A stretch of 64,000 nucleotides of DNA from Candidatus Omnitrophota bacterium (GCA_016935525.1 JAFGQU010000005.1:2190-66189), one strand, 5' to 3'; shown: positions 48,579 through 57,306, counted from the first letter of the stretch. Notes: generated by a model not told the origin, from the sequence alone. A program made the numbers and translations.

Positions 48579-48665
48579 GTCATAAGGTCACAAAGACACA
48601 TAGTCACACGTAAGAAATGTTTAATGTATTCAGACGTGTGTCGTGTGACATGTGACGTGTGACTT
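48579..48665. repeat. GTCACAC/GTGTGAC repeat hairpin, copy 3
   Basis: Same family as 42790-42875. Confidence 0.75.
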
Positions 48666-48682
48666 TCCAGCGGAGCTGGATT

Positions 48683-49327
48683 ATGAAAGAAGAAATTATA
48701 TTAATCGGCGGCGGTGGACATTGTAAATCCTGTATTGACGTGATCGAAAAAGGAGAAATATTCTCGATCGCCGGAATAGTCGATGTGAACGAAAAGGTGA
48801 ATCTCGATGTGTTGGGATATAAGATCTTCGCGACCGACGAAGAATTGCCCGGACTGGTCAAAGAATACGATTTCTTTCTGGTCACGCTCGGCCAGATCAA
48901 AATCGCCGAACCGCGGAAAAAAATATTTTCGTTTTTAAAAGGATTAGGCGCGAACCTCCCGGTGATACTCTCTCCCCGCTCATCGGTCGCCGCCTCATCC
49001 AGTATCGACGAGGGTACGATAGTGATGCATGATGTGATCGTGAATTCGCAAACCTCGATCGGAAAAAACTGCATCCTGAACAACAAATCCTGTATCGAAC
49101 ATGACGTCCATATCGGTGATCATTGCCATATTTCTACGGCAGCGATCATCAACGGCAACTGTACCGTTGATGAGGGGGCTTTTATCGGCAGCAACAGCGT
49201 GATCAATAATGGAGTGTATATCGGTAAGCATGTGGTGATCGGCGCCGGGAGCGTGGTGATCCATTCGATCGAAGAGGCTGGTATCTATGCCGGCAACCCG
49301 GCAGAAAAGATAGGGGATATTACTTGA
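48683..49327 (+). CDS. NeuD/PglD-type sugar acetyltransferase
   Basis: GGGGHCKS, EHD, hexapeptide repeats, GNPA; start ATG 48683. Confidence 0.9.
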   Translation: MKEEIILIGGGGHCKSCIDVIEKGEIFSIAGIVDVNEKVNLDVLGYKIFATDEELPGLVKEYDFFLVTLGQIKIAEPRKKIFSFLKGLGANLPVILSPRSSVAASSSIDEGTIVMHDVIVNSQTSIGKNCILNNKSCIEHDVHIGDHCHISTAAIINGNCTVDEGAFIGSNSVINNGVYIGKHVVIGAGSVVIHSIEEAGIYAGNPAEKIGDIT

Positions 49328-49336
49328 TCTTAAGTA

Positions 49337-49407
49337 AAGTCACACGTCACAAAGTCACATAGACACACGTTGAAGAATCAATGCGTGTGTCGTGTGACAT
49401 GTGACTC
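49337..49407. repeat. GTCACAC/GTGTGAC repeat hairpin, copy 4
   Basis: Same family as 42790-42875. Confidence 0.7.
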
Positions 49408-49458
49408 ACGAATAGACGTTCTGTGATGATTGGTTTAGTGGCAGAATAAGGATAAAGA

Positions 49459-50625
49459 ATGGGAAACAAGCGTAAGGTTTGTATAGTCAGCGGGTCCCGC
49501 GCCGATTACGATCTTTTATATCCGCTATTGTGCGAATTAAAAGATTCATCGAAGGTGGAGGTGCAGATCATTGCGACGGGGATGCATCTTGAAAAAAAAT
49601 TCGGTGCGACCTGGCGCAATATTGAAGCCGATAGATTTAGGATCGATGCCCGCGTGCCGATCCAGTTAACCGGTGATACCCCGCAGCATATCAGTTCATC
49701 GGTAGCCAGAGCGATTCAGTTGTTAGCGGCAGTCTATAAGAAAATCGAACCTGATATTATCGTACTTTTAGGAGATCGGTTTGAAATCTTTGCCGGTGCG
49801 GTCGGTGCGCTTATCTGTGGTATTCCCGTTGCCCATCTTCACGGGGGAGAGGCGACATTTGGGGCGTTTGATGAGGCTCTTCGCCATTCGATTACCAAGA
49901 TGAGTCATCTCCATTTTACGGCAACAGAAAAATACCGCATGCGTGTGATCCAATTGGGCGAGAATCCGGAACGTGTATTTAATGTCGGCGCGTTAGGTAT
50001 CGATAATATCAGACGGGAGACGTTTTTGACTAAAGAAGAACTTGAGAGCAACCTGCAGATCAAGTTTAAACCGCAGAATCTGCTCATTACGTTTCATCCG
50101 GTGACCTTAGAGAAAAATACGAGCGGCGGACAATGTGAAGAACTACTTACGGCGCTTGATGAGTTAGAAAATACCCAGCTGATATTTACCAAAGCTAATG
50201 CCGATACCTATGGGAAAATTATTAATACTGCTCTTGAGGCATATGTGAAAAAACATAAAGAAAAGGCTGTTCTTTTTGATTGCTTAGGCAGAAGACGATA
50301 TTTGTCGTTAATGCAGTATATTGATGCGGTTGTGGGTAATTCTTCCTCGGGGATCATTGAGGCATCAAGTTTTCATATTGGTACAATCAATATCGGAGAC
50401 CGGCAAAAGGGAAGAATCCGCCCCAGTAGTGTCATCGACTGCGAGCCGACAACCTCCGGCATCCGTGATGGATTAAAGAGGCTGTATAGCCAGGAATTCC
50501 AGGGGAGCCTAAAGGATGTCACGAACCCTTACGGAGAAGGTGAAGCGGCAATAAAGATAAAAGAAGTATTAGAAACATACCCGTTGGAGGGAATATTAAA
50601 GAAAGAATTTTGGGACATTAAATGA
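49459..50625 (+). CDS. neuC: Hydrolysing NDP-sugar 2-epimerase NeuC/LegG
   Basis: GSRADY, TGMHL, LGDRFE, HGGE, GNSSSGIIEA, RQKGR. Confidence 0.93.
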   Translation: MGNKRKVCIVSGSRADYDLLYPLLCELKDSSKVEVQIIATGMHLEKKFGATWRNIEADRFRIDARVPIQLTGDTPQHISSSVARAIQLLAAVYKKIEPDIIVLLGDRFEIFAGAVGALICGIPVAHLHGGEATFGAFDEALRHSITKMSHLHFTATEKYRMRVIQLGENPERVFNVGALGIDNIRRETFLTKEELESNLQIKFKPQNLLITFHPVTLEKNTSGGQCEELLTALDELENTQLIFTKANADTYGKIINTALEAYVKKHKEKAVLFDCLGRRRYLSLMQYIDAVVGNSSSGIIEASSFHIGTINIGDRQKGRIRPSSVIDCEPTTSGIRDGLKRLYSQEFQGSLKDVTNPYGEGEAAIKIKEVLETYPLEGILKKEFWDIK

Positions 50626-51029
50626 GACTTGGACTTTTAGAGCGTGAGCGAATAAAAGTCCGTAGTCGAATTGAACCCTTGACATTTTTCGATGGGCATT
50701 ATTTATTACGTTTACATTTTAGAATGTGCTGATGGTACTAAGTATTATGGTCATACAGATGATTTAAGAAAACGTATTGTTTCCCACTCGAAAGGGTATG
50801 TCTATTCAACAAAAAATAAAAGGCCGTTGCAGTTGATTTATTATGAAGAACACGATTCACGTTCAGCGGCGTTTAAAAGAGAGATGCAGTTTAAAAATGG
50901 CAAGACACGAAAAAAAAACCATAGAGGAAATGATAGGTTCATTTTCTCAAGAAAAATGTCAAGGGTTCAATTCGTGCCTGTGACTTATGTTCACTCGATA
51001 AAGCTCGTTCCATAAGTCACGCACTCATT
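50621..51029 (+). mobile_element. Four-way-junction palindromic element, copy C, carrying a GIY-YIG nuclease
   Basis: Perfect 24-bp inverted repeat (50667-50690 / 50951-50974) around the ORF; flanking hairpins and AATGAG/CTCATT ends as in copies A and B. Confidence 0.7.
50692..51015 (+). CDS. Small GIY-YIG nuclease (UPF0213/Slx1-like), possibly frameshifted near the C-terminus
   Basis: YYVYILEC.DG..YYGHTDDL.KR...H..G....TK..RP..L.Y.E......A.KRE. Confidence 0.9.
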   Translation: MGIIYYVYILECADGTKYYGHTDDLRKRIVSHSKGYVYSTKNKRPLQLIYYEEHDSRSAAFKREMQFKNGKTRKKNHRGNDRFIFSRKMSRVQFVPVTYVHSIKLVP

Positions 51030-51041
51030 GAAGGAGCTATC

Positions 51042-52115
51042 ATGGAAAAAAAAGATCTATTTATTCTTCCGAATGAAACAATAAAAGAAGCGTTGAAAAA
51101 GCTGGACAAAACCGCCGAGAAAGCGTTACTGGTCGTCGATGAACACCAAAAGCTTCTGGGGACGCTTTCTGACGGCGACGTACGCCGCTGTTTATTGAAA
51201 GGGGAAGGGTTAGACGGAGATATTTCCGCGGTATTTAACCGTTCCCCGCGGGTGTTGCATAACGATACCTATACATTAGCCCAGGTTCGCGATGTCCTTT
51301 TGACTCACAAGATCCAGCTTTTGCCTCTGATTGATAGTCAAAACCGGGTAGTCGATTTTATTACCTGGAACCAGGTGTTTAAGAAAGAAAGAATAAGTCC
51401 GGCGGCGGAAAAAAAATTGGAGATACCGGTAGTGATCATGGCCGGAGGTAAAGGAACGCGGCTTGACCCGTTTACCCGTATTTTACCTAAACCACTTATT
51501 CCTATCGGTGACCGGCCGGTGATCGAGGTTATCATCGATGAGTTCAGGAAACAGGGAGTACGTAAATTTTATCTTATCCTTAATTACAAAGCCGAGATGA
51601 TCGAATCATATTTTGCCCATATCGATAAAGATTATGAGATCGAATATGTGAAAGAACCGGATTTTTACGGAACCGCGGGAAGTTTAAAATTGATTCAGGA
51701 CCGGATTGCCGATCTTTTTATCGTCTCGAATTGTGATGTGATGGTCCGGGCTCACCTTCAGGAAGTCATCGATCTCCATAATGCCCAGAAAGCTTTATTT
51801 ACCGTGCTCTCTTCGATCCAGCACCATAAGATCCCTTACGGGGTCATTGAGTTTAAAGAGCAGGGTGAAGTCGTCGATATCGTGGAAAAACCTGAATATA
51901 CCTTTGCGATAAATACCGGGGTCTATATCCTGAACCGCGAAGTTCTTAAGACCATTCCGGCGCATTCCCGGTTCGATATGACCGATCTGATGCAGGCTCT
52001 TTTCAAAGAAAAGAAAAAAGTGCTCACCTATCCGGTCAACGAGAGTGATTACATCGATATCGGCCAATGGGAAGAGTATAAACAAGTTATCGATAAATTC
52101 CAGATATTTCCTTAA
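51042..52115 (+). CDS. CBS-domain nucleotidyltransferase (PtmE-like)
   Basis: CBS pair (LGTLSDGDVRR), MAGGKGTRL.P.T...PKPL, GTAGSL. Confidence 0.88.
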   Translation: MEKKDLFILPNETIKEALKKLDKTAEKALLVVDEHQKLLGTLSDGDVRRCLLKGEGLDGDISAVFNRSPRVLHNDTYTLAQVRDVLLTHKIQLLPLIDSQNRVVDFITWNQVFKKERISPAAEKKLEIPVVIMAGGKGTRLDPFTRILPKPLIPIGDRPVIEVIIDEFRKQGVRKFYLILNYKAEMIESYFAHIDKDYEIEYVKEPDFYGTAGSLKLIQDRIADLFIVSNCDVMVRAHLQEVIDLHNAQKALFTVLSSIQHHKIPYGVIEFKEQGEVVDIVEKPEYTFAINTGVYILNREVLKTIPAHSRFDMTDLMQALFKEKKKVLTYPVNESDYIDIGQWEEYKQVIDKFQIFP

Positions 52116-52155
52116 TTTATCCTTTAAAACCACTGCTCCCCGGATTTTCTCATGA

Positions 52156-52181
52156 TTTTACTGTAAGCGCTTACAGTAAAA
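52156..52181. promoter_or_regulatory. Perfect 26-bp palindrome with a LacI/CcpA (cre)-type operator core
   Basis: TTTTACTGTAAGCGCTTACAGTAAAA. Confidence 0.55.
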
Positions 52182-52217
52182 ATGCCCTTTATTTTCTGCC
52201 TATTTTCGTCTTAACGT

Positions 52218-52244
52218 TAAAGTTTTCTGGCTGATGACCGATAA
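52218..52244 (+). promoter_or_regulatory. Sigma28 promoter of the flgKL operon
   Basis: TAAAGTTT-N11-ACCGATAA. Confidence 0.8.
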
Positions 52245-52262
52245 TAAAAGTGAGGTTAAAAA

Positions 52263-52496
52263 ATGAGAGGGGTTATGGAAAGAAGAACCGCAACAAAAAT
52301 AATGACCCGGAGAGAAAAGGCGCGGATCGCTTATTTCCCTCACGCGTATAATTACATCATGAAAGAAGAGATCCTCAAAGGATTTCATTCGGTAAATAGA
52401 GAAAAGGTAGAAAGTATTAAAGAATTATTAAAAAATAATCTCCATATTGCGGAGAAGGCATCGGAAGTTGCCGAAAAAATAATCAAGGGGGTATAA
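52263..52496 (+). CDS. Small protein with a FlgM-C-like motif
   Basis: NREKVESIKELLKN...SEVAEKII resembles the FlgM C-terminus. Confidence 0.5.
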   Translation: MRGVMERRTATKIMTRREKARIAYFPHAYNYIMKEEILKGFHSVNREKVESIKELLKNNLHIAEKASEVAEKIIKGV

Positions 52497-52499
52497 AAA

Positions 52500-53966
52500 A
52501 TGGCTGTATCACCATTTTTCGGAATTGAAATAGGATTAAGAGCGCTTCAGGCCCAGAAATTGGCGATGAACGTATTGTCTCATAATGTCGCCAATGCCAA
52601 TACTCCCGGATATTCCCGGCAACAAGTCAATCTGACCGCAAGCGATCCTTATACCGTCCCCGGTTTCAACCGGGGAATAGGAGCCGGACAGGTCGGATCC
52701 GGCGTTGAAATCGTAAGTATTACCCGGGCGAGAGATAACAGCCTTACCCGTCAGGTCCGTGATAATGTGAACCTTTTTCAGGAATATGAGACTCGGGAAA
52801 GTTTTTATCAGAGGATCGAAGCGGTATTCAACGAACCGGGCGCGACGGGACTGAGCCAGTTGATGAACGATTTTTTTAACGCGTGGCGGGAACTGGCAAC
52901 GACTCCGGAAAGTAACGCGGCCCGAGCCCTGGTAAAACAGAAAGGTCAGTCTTTATCCGATTATTTTAACCGTATCGATAACGACCTGACCGCGATGCAA
53001 AAAGATGTCGATAATAATATCCGTGCGGTATCAACCGATATCAATACGCTTCTGCGCCAGTTAGGCGAGACCAACGTACTCCTGCGGGGAGTCGTAGCTC
53101 AAGGCGATAACCCTAATGATCTGTTAGACCGGAGGGATTCTCTGCTTGAAGAGCTTTCCGGATATGTGGATATCCAGGTCGTGGAACAACCCGATCTTAC
53201 CGTCAATGTCTATGTGAGCGGCCGGAATCTAGTGCAAGCCGATATCGTCCGGGAGATCGTCGTACAAAATAATGCCAGCAACAATTTTTATGCCCAGTTA
53301 AAGGTCGAAGGAGAAGAGACCGGAGCCGATCTGGTAGTCAACGGCGGAGAACTGAAAGCGTTGTTGGATACACGTGACGATACGACTATCGGTATCGAAG
53401 GATACCTTAACAGTATAGACCAATTAGCCTATAATCTGGCTGCGGGAATAAATACTATCCATGGTGCCGGGTACGGATTAGACGGGGTAAACGGCCGGGA
53501 TTTTTTTATCGATGTGACGGCGTTTACGGTCGCGGGTACCGCCGGCCGGCTTTCACTTTCAACGAACATCACCGATCCCACAAACGGTTTGCGTAATGTC
53601 GCTGCCTGTGGTCTACTTGATCCGGTCACCGGTCTGCCGATGGTTCCCGGAGACGGCAGTAATGCGTTAGCGATCGCTCAGTTACAGGATGATACCGCGA
53701 TTATGAGCGGCCTTACTGTTCACGATTTTTATAATAATACGATTTCGGGATTAGGGATCTATTCGCAAGAAGAGACTAAAAATAGAGAAAACCAGGAATT
53801 TTTATTAAATCAATTACGTAATCTGGAAGATAGTACTTCCGGGGTCAATCTCGATGAAGAAGCCGCCAAGATGATCACGTTTGAAAACGCCTATAACGCG
53901 GCGGCTCAAGTGATCCGTATCATGGATGAGACGATCCAGACGTTGATCGAATTATTAGGAAGCTGA
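52500..53966 (+). CDS. flgK: Hook-associated protein FlgK
   Basis: HNVANANTPGYSRQ, NDLLDRRD, SGVNLDEEA. Confidence 0.96.
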   Translation: MAVSPFFGIEIGLRALQAQKLAMNVLSHNVANANTPGYSRQQVNLTASDPYTVPGFNRGIGAGQVGSGVEIVSITRARDNSLTRQVRDNVNLFQEYETRESFYQRIEAVFNEPGATGLSQLMNDFFNAWRELATTPESNAARALVKQKGQSLSDYFNRIDNDLTAMQKDVDNNIRAVSTDINTLLRQLGETNVLLRGVVAQGDNPNDLLDRRDSLLEELSGYVDIQVVEQPDLTVNVYVSGRNLVQADIVREIVVQNNASNNFYAQLKVEGEETGADLVVNGGELKALLDTRDDTTIGIEGYLNSIDQLAYNLAAGINTIHGAGYGLDGVNGRDFFIDVTAFTVAGTAGRLSLSTNITDPTNGLRNVAACGLLDPVTGLPMVPGDGSNALAIAQLQDDTAIMSGLTVHDFYNNTISGLGIYSQEETKNRENQEFLLNQLRNLEDSTSGVNLDEEAAKMITFENAYNAAAQVIRIMDETIQTLIELLGS

Positions 53967-53995
53967 TTTTGAAGACTTAAGGAGGAGGAGTTACT

Positions 53996-54949
53996 ATGCG
54001 TATTTCCACGGCAGGATTATTAAGAACGTCGGTATTTAATATTCAAAAACATTTCGAACGGTTGGCGGATAATCAGGAGCAGTTAGCCTCCGGGATACGG
54101 GTACAGCTCCCTTCCGATGACCCGGTCGCGACCCAACGAATATTGAGTTGGCGGAAAGTACGGGATAATATCGGACAACACCACCGTAATATCAGCAGCG
54201 CGCAGATCTGGCTGAATACGACCGAAACGATGGTCTCTTCTATCCAGGATCTGGTCGAACGGGCCTATGAACTGGCTTTAGGCGCATCGAATGAGCTTCT
54301 TCCCCAAACAGTACGCCAAACCTACTCCGAAGATATCGATACGATATTAAAAGAAGTCTTACGGTTGTCCAACCAGGTGATCGACGATTTTTATCTGCTC
54401 GGCGGTCATCAAAGTGATGTCACACCGTTTAGCGCAGTGACGGCGGGAACTACGATCGTGAGCGTAGATTATAACGGAAACGGCGGGCAACGTGATGTGG
54501 AATTAAGCCCGCAGACGACCATGACGATCAATACCTTAGGCAGTAACGACCGGGATGATGACGGAATCGCCGATGACGCTATCCCGGCGGTATTGAGGGA
54601 TGCGAACCTGGGGATTGATGTATTCGATACGCTTATTGATCTGCGTGACGACATGATCGCCGGAAACGTACCGAATATCCTTAATAACCGCCTTCCCGAA
54701 ATGGAAGCGATCATCGATAACCTGGCGTTACATCGTTCCGAGATAGGGTTGAAATTACAGTCGGTCGATCTTATCCAGGATATTATTTCTCAGGAAGAAC
54801 TTGATGTGAACGTTGATATCCAACAGAACGAACAGGCGGATTATGCCACGGTAGTCTCCAATATCAGTTATGAGCAGACGATATATCAGGCAGCGAATGT
54901 TACTACCAGCCGGTTGATCCAGGGAAGTCTATTTGACTTTTTACAGTGA
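53996..54949 (+). CDS. flgL: Hook-associated protein FlgL
   Basis: MRIST, QLASG.R...PSDDPVA, SLFDFL. Confidence 0.95.
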   Translation: MRISTAGLLRTSVFNIQKHFERLADNQEQLASGIRVQLPSDDPVATQRILSWRKVRDNIGQHHRNISSAQIWLNTTETMVSSIQDLVERAYELALGASNELLPQTVRQTYSEDIDTILKEVLRLSNQVIDDFYLLGGHQSDVTPFSAVTAGTTIVSVDYNGNGGQRDVELSPQTTMTINTLGSNDRDDDGIADDAIPAVLRDANLGIDVFDTLIDLRDDMIAGNVPNILNNRLPEMEAIIDNLALHRSEIGLKLQSVDLIQDIISQEELDVNVDIQQNEQADYATVVSNISYEQTIYQAANVTTSRLIQGSLFDFLQ

Positions 54950-54980
54950 TATGGTGTATACATGGTAAGAGGAGACAAAT

Positions 54981-55418
54981 ATGAGTGAAGTAAAAAACAT
55001 TGATTATCAGGTCCTCGATTTGAAAAAAGAGAATATTTTTACCTTTTCCGAAGGGATCCCCGGGTTCGAAAAAGTCCAGCGGTTCGCGATCCTTACCAAC
55101 CCTGAGGAAGCGCCGTTTGGGAGGCTTACCGCGATAGAACATGACCTGTGTTTTATTATTATCAACCCCTGGACAGTATATCCTGAATACAAGCCGGATA
55201 TCGACCAGGAAGATATCGATAAGATCGAATCCCCTTCAAACGAGGAGATCCTTATCCTGGCGATTGTGACGATCCCGGAAGGAGCCCCGCAGGAAGCGAC
55301 GATGAATTTGGTCGCGCCCCTGATCATTCATACCAAAAAGGGGCTGGGCCGGCAGGTGATTTTGAACAATTATAAGGAATATTCTTCTAAGTATAGGCTG
55401 TGGAAGGACTTAGAATAG
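54981..55418 (+). CDS. fliW: Flagellar assembly factor FliW
   Basis: F.EGIPGFE, INPW...PEY, TMNLVAPLII, GRQVIL. Confidence 0.93.
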   Translation: MSEVKNIDYQVLDLKKENIFTFSEGIPGFEKVQRFAILTNPEEAPFGRLTAIEHDLCFIIINPWTVYPEYKPDIDQEDIDKIESPSNEEILILAIVTIPEGAPQEATMNLVAPLIIHTKKGLGRQVILNNYKEYSSKYRLWKDLE

Positions 55419-55552
55419 ATCTCGCTGCGTGAGCAACTCGTTCTTTGATCACAGTGATGAACAGAAAACCTATATAGGGGGGACAAAAATAAATATTCTC
55501 TATATATAGCACATAATTACTGAATCTTTTTAAACATCACCGTAATCTCTAC

Positions 55553-55580
55553 TAAAGTTTCTTTGAAAAGTGGTCGATAA
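55553..55580 (+). promoter_or_regulatory. Sigma28 promoter of csrA-fliC
   Basis: TAAAGTTT-N12-GTCGATAA. Confidence 0.75.
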
Positions 55581-55604
55581 TAATATTGGAGCCAAGGAGG
55601 GGCT

Positions 55605-55877
55605 ATGCTGGTACTGACAAGGAAGTTAGATGAATCGATTATTATTGGCGAGAACATTGAAATCAAGGTCCTAGAAGTAAGAGGGGAACAGGTCCGGTTA
55701 GGGATTGTTGCCCCCAGAAGCATCAGTGTTCACCGTAAAGAGCTCTATGATAAAATAAAGAGTATTAATGTCGAGTCGGTAAAAACCAAGACCGACAAAA
55801 TAACCGTTCCCTTTAAATCCAAGGAAGGAGGTGAACAGAAGCCAGATTCAACACAAAACGGGGAACATGCAGAATAG
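55605..55877 (+). CDS. csrA: Carbon storage regulator CsrA
   Basis: [15 protein letters not shown]...VRLGI.AP..I.VHRKE. Confidence 0.97.
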   Translation: MLVLTRKLDESIIIGENIEIKVLEVRGEQVRLGIVAPRSISVHRKELYDKIKSINVESVKTKTDKITVPFKSKEGGEQKPDSTQNGEHAE

Positions 55878-55879
55878 AT

Positions 55880-55915
55880 TGACAAGGATGTAGTCAGAGA
55901 AACACACAAGGAGGT
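55880..55915 (+). promoter_or_regulatory. Two CsrA-binding sites in the flagellin leader
   Basis: ACAAGGATGT in the loop of a TGAC/GTCA stem, and ACAAGGAGGT overlapping the SD. Confidence 0.75.
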
Positions 55916-55919
55916 AAAA

Positions 55920-56750
55920 ATGCCATTATACATACTGAGCAACATTCCATCAATGCGCGCCCAGAGACATTTGGGCGTCCAGCAGAGAGGGTTAAACACA
56001 ACTCTCGAAAGACTCGCTTCCGGTAAAAGAATCAACACCGCGAAAGATGACCCAGCCGGGTTGTTACTTTCAACCCGTTTAGGGAAAAGCGTAACGGCAT
56101 GGACTTCAGGCTCTAACAGCTTAAATATGGGGTTAGACCTGATCGCTACCGCCGACAGCTTTTTGACTATTCTCGTTGAAGATTTAGAAAGATTGTACCA
56201 GTTAGCTTCCGATGCGATGAACGGGTTACTTTCTAATGGTGAAAGATCCCTTCTGAACGAAGAATATTCAAGAATCCTTCCGGAAATGCAGAGATTGGCT
56301 CTGAATACCAAATTCTTAGACCAGACTCTGTTGGCCGGAGGAATGACAGTATCTATCCGTGTAGGTGAAGGTGCCGGTAATAACGTTACGATTATGATCG
56401 GTGCGTTGACCTATGGTGGTGGTGCATTAGCTATTTCTAATACATCGATCACCTCTCAGGGAGCTGCCTCTGCGGCATTACAGGCTCTTTCCAATGCTTT
56501 CTCCTCGATCGGACAAGTTATTGCTGAAATCGGTGCTCAAGGTAACGCGTTTACCAAGAGTGTCGACGCACAGAATGCGTTGGTCGAGAACCTGAGCGCT
56601 GCTAAAGGGAGAATCATGAATGCTGATCTGGCTGTGGAAACTACGAACCTGACGAATCAACAGATCGTAGTCCAATCGGGTATCTCAGCGTTAGTACAGG
56701 CAAACTCAGCCCAGACATTAGCGTTAGCTCTTTTAGGCGGAGGATTCTAA
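55920..56750 (+). CDS. fliC: Flagellin (minimal, D0/D1 only)
   Basis: ERLASGKRINTAKDDPAG, RIMNADLA.E, QAN. Confidence 0.95.
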   Translation: MPLYILSNIPSMRAQRHLGVQQRGLNTTLERLASGKRINTAKDDPAGLLLSTRLGKSVTAWTSGSNSLNMGLDLIATADSFLTILVEDLERLYQLASDAMNGLLSNGERSLLNEEYSRILPEMQRLALNTKFLDQTLLAGGMTVSIRVGEGAGNNVTIMIGALTYGGGALAISNTSITSQGAASAALQALSNAFSSIGQVIAEIGAQGNAFTKSVDAQNALVENLSAAKGRIMNADLAVETTNLTNQQIVVQSGISALVQANSAQTLALALLGGGF

Positions 56751-56765
56751 GTTACGTGAATAAAT

Positions 56766-56790
56766 GTCAGGGGGGCTTGTACCCCCTGAC
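56766..56790 (+). terminator. Hairpin after flagellin (likely a stabiliser; no U-tract)
   Basis: GTCAGGGGG / CCCCCTGAC. Confidence 0.55.
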
Positions 56791-56823
56791 TAGTATTGAT
56801 AATTTTTAAATTATGGGGTAAAC

Positions 56824-57306
56824 ATGGAAGAGCACGAAGTAATAAAAAATGTGGATTTTAAAGAGATAAAGACGCGGTTTTCGTATCTTAATCTAAAAAA
56901 CGATCCGCGGGCGCACATACGTAAAACTCAATCCCGGACCGAGAAGTTACAGGAATTGACTGAAGAACAGCTTAAAGAAGCAAACTCACGCTCACAAGAG
57001 AATGAGTATGAATATTTTAAGTACGGGGTCGATCATACTGCGCAAGGCGCGACCAAGAAGACCCAGGAGCTCGTTGAGAGAATAAAAGATACATCGCTGT
57101 ATATCCGGTTTCAAGAGACCGAAGGAGCGATGCGGGCGCATGTGATGAATAAAGTAACTCATGAATTAGTGGCGATCATACCCTGGTCGCAAAGAGTGAG
57201 AGACCAGCAGGTCCAGCAGAACCGTGAGTTTGTGCAGTTAAACTCACAGATCTTCGGCGTATTCGGTTCTACTCTTGCTGGCGGGGAGGTGGATAAACAG
57301 ATATGA
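56824..57306 (+). CDS. FlaG-like protein
   Basis: Located between fliC and fliD; V.NKVT.ELV..IP resembles FlaG; ends VDKQI. Confidence 0.55.
   Translation: MEEHEVIKNVDFKEIKTRFSYLNLKNDPRAHIRKTQSRTEKLQELTEEQLKEANSRSQENEYEYFKYGVDHTAQGATKKTQELVERIKDTSLYIRFQETEGAMRAHVMNKVTHELVAIIPWSQRVRDQQVQQNREFVQLNSQIFGVFGSTLAGGEVDKQI

Noticed and set aside
50960-50975. tRNA gene suggested by the T-loop-like GGGTTCAATTC
   Set aside because: No acceptor, D or anticodon arms; the motif is one strand of the element's inverted repeat
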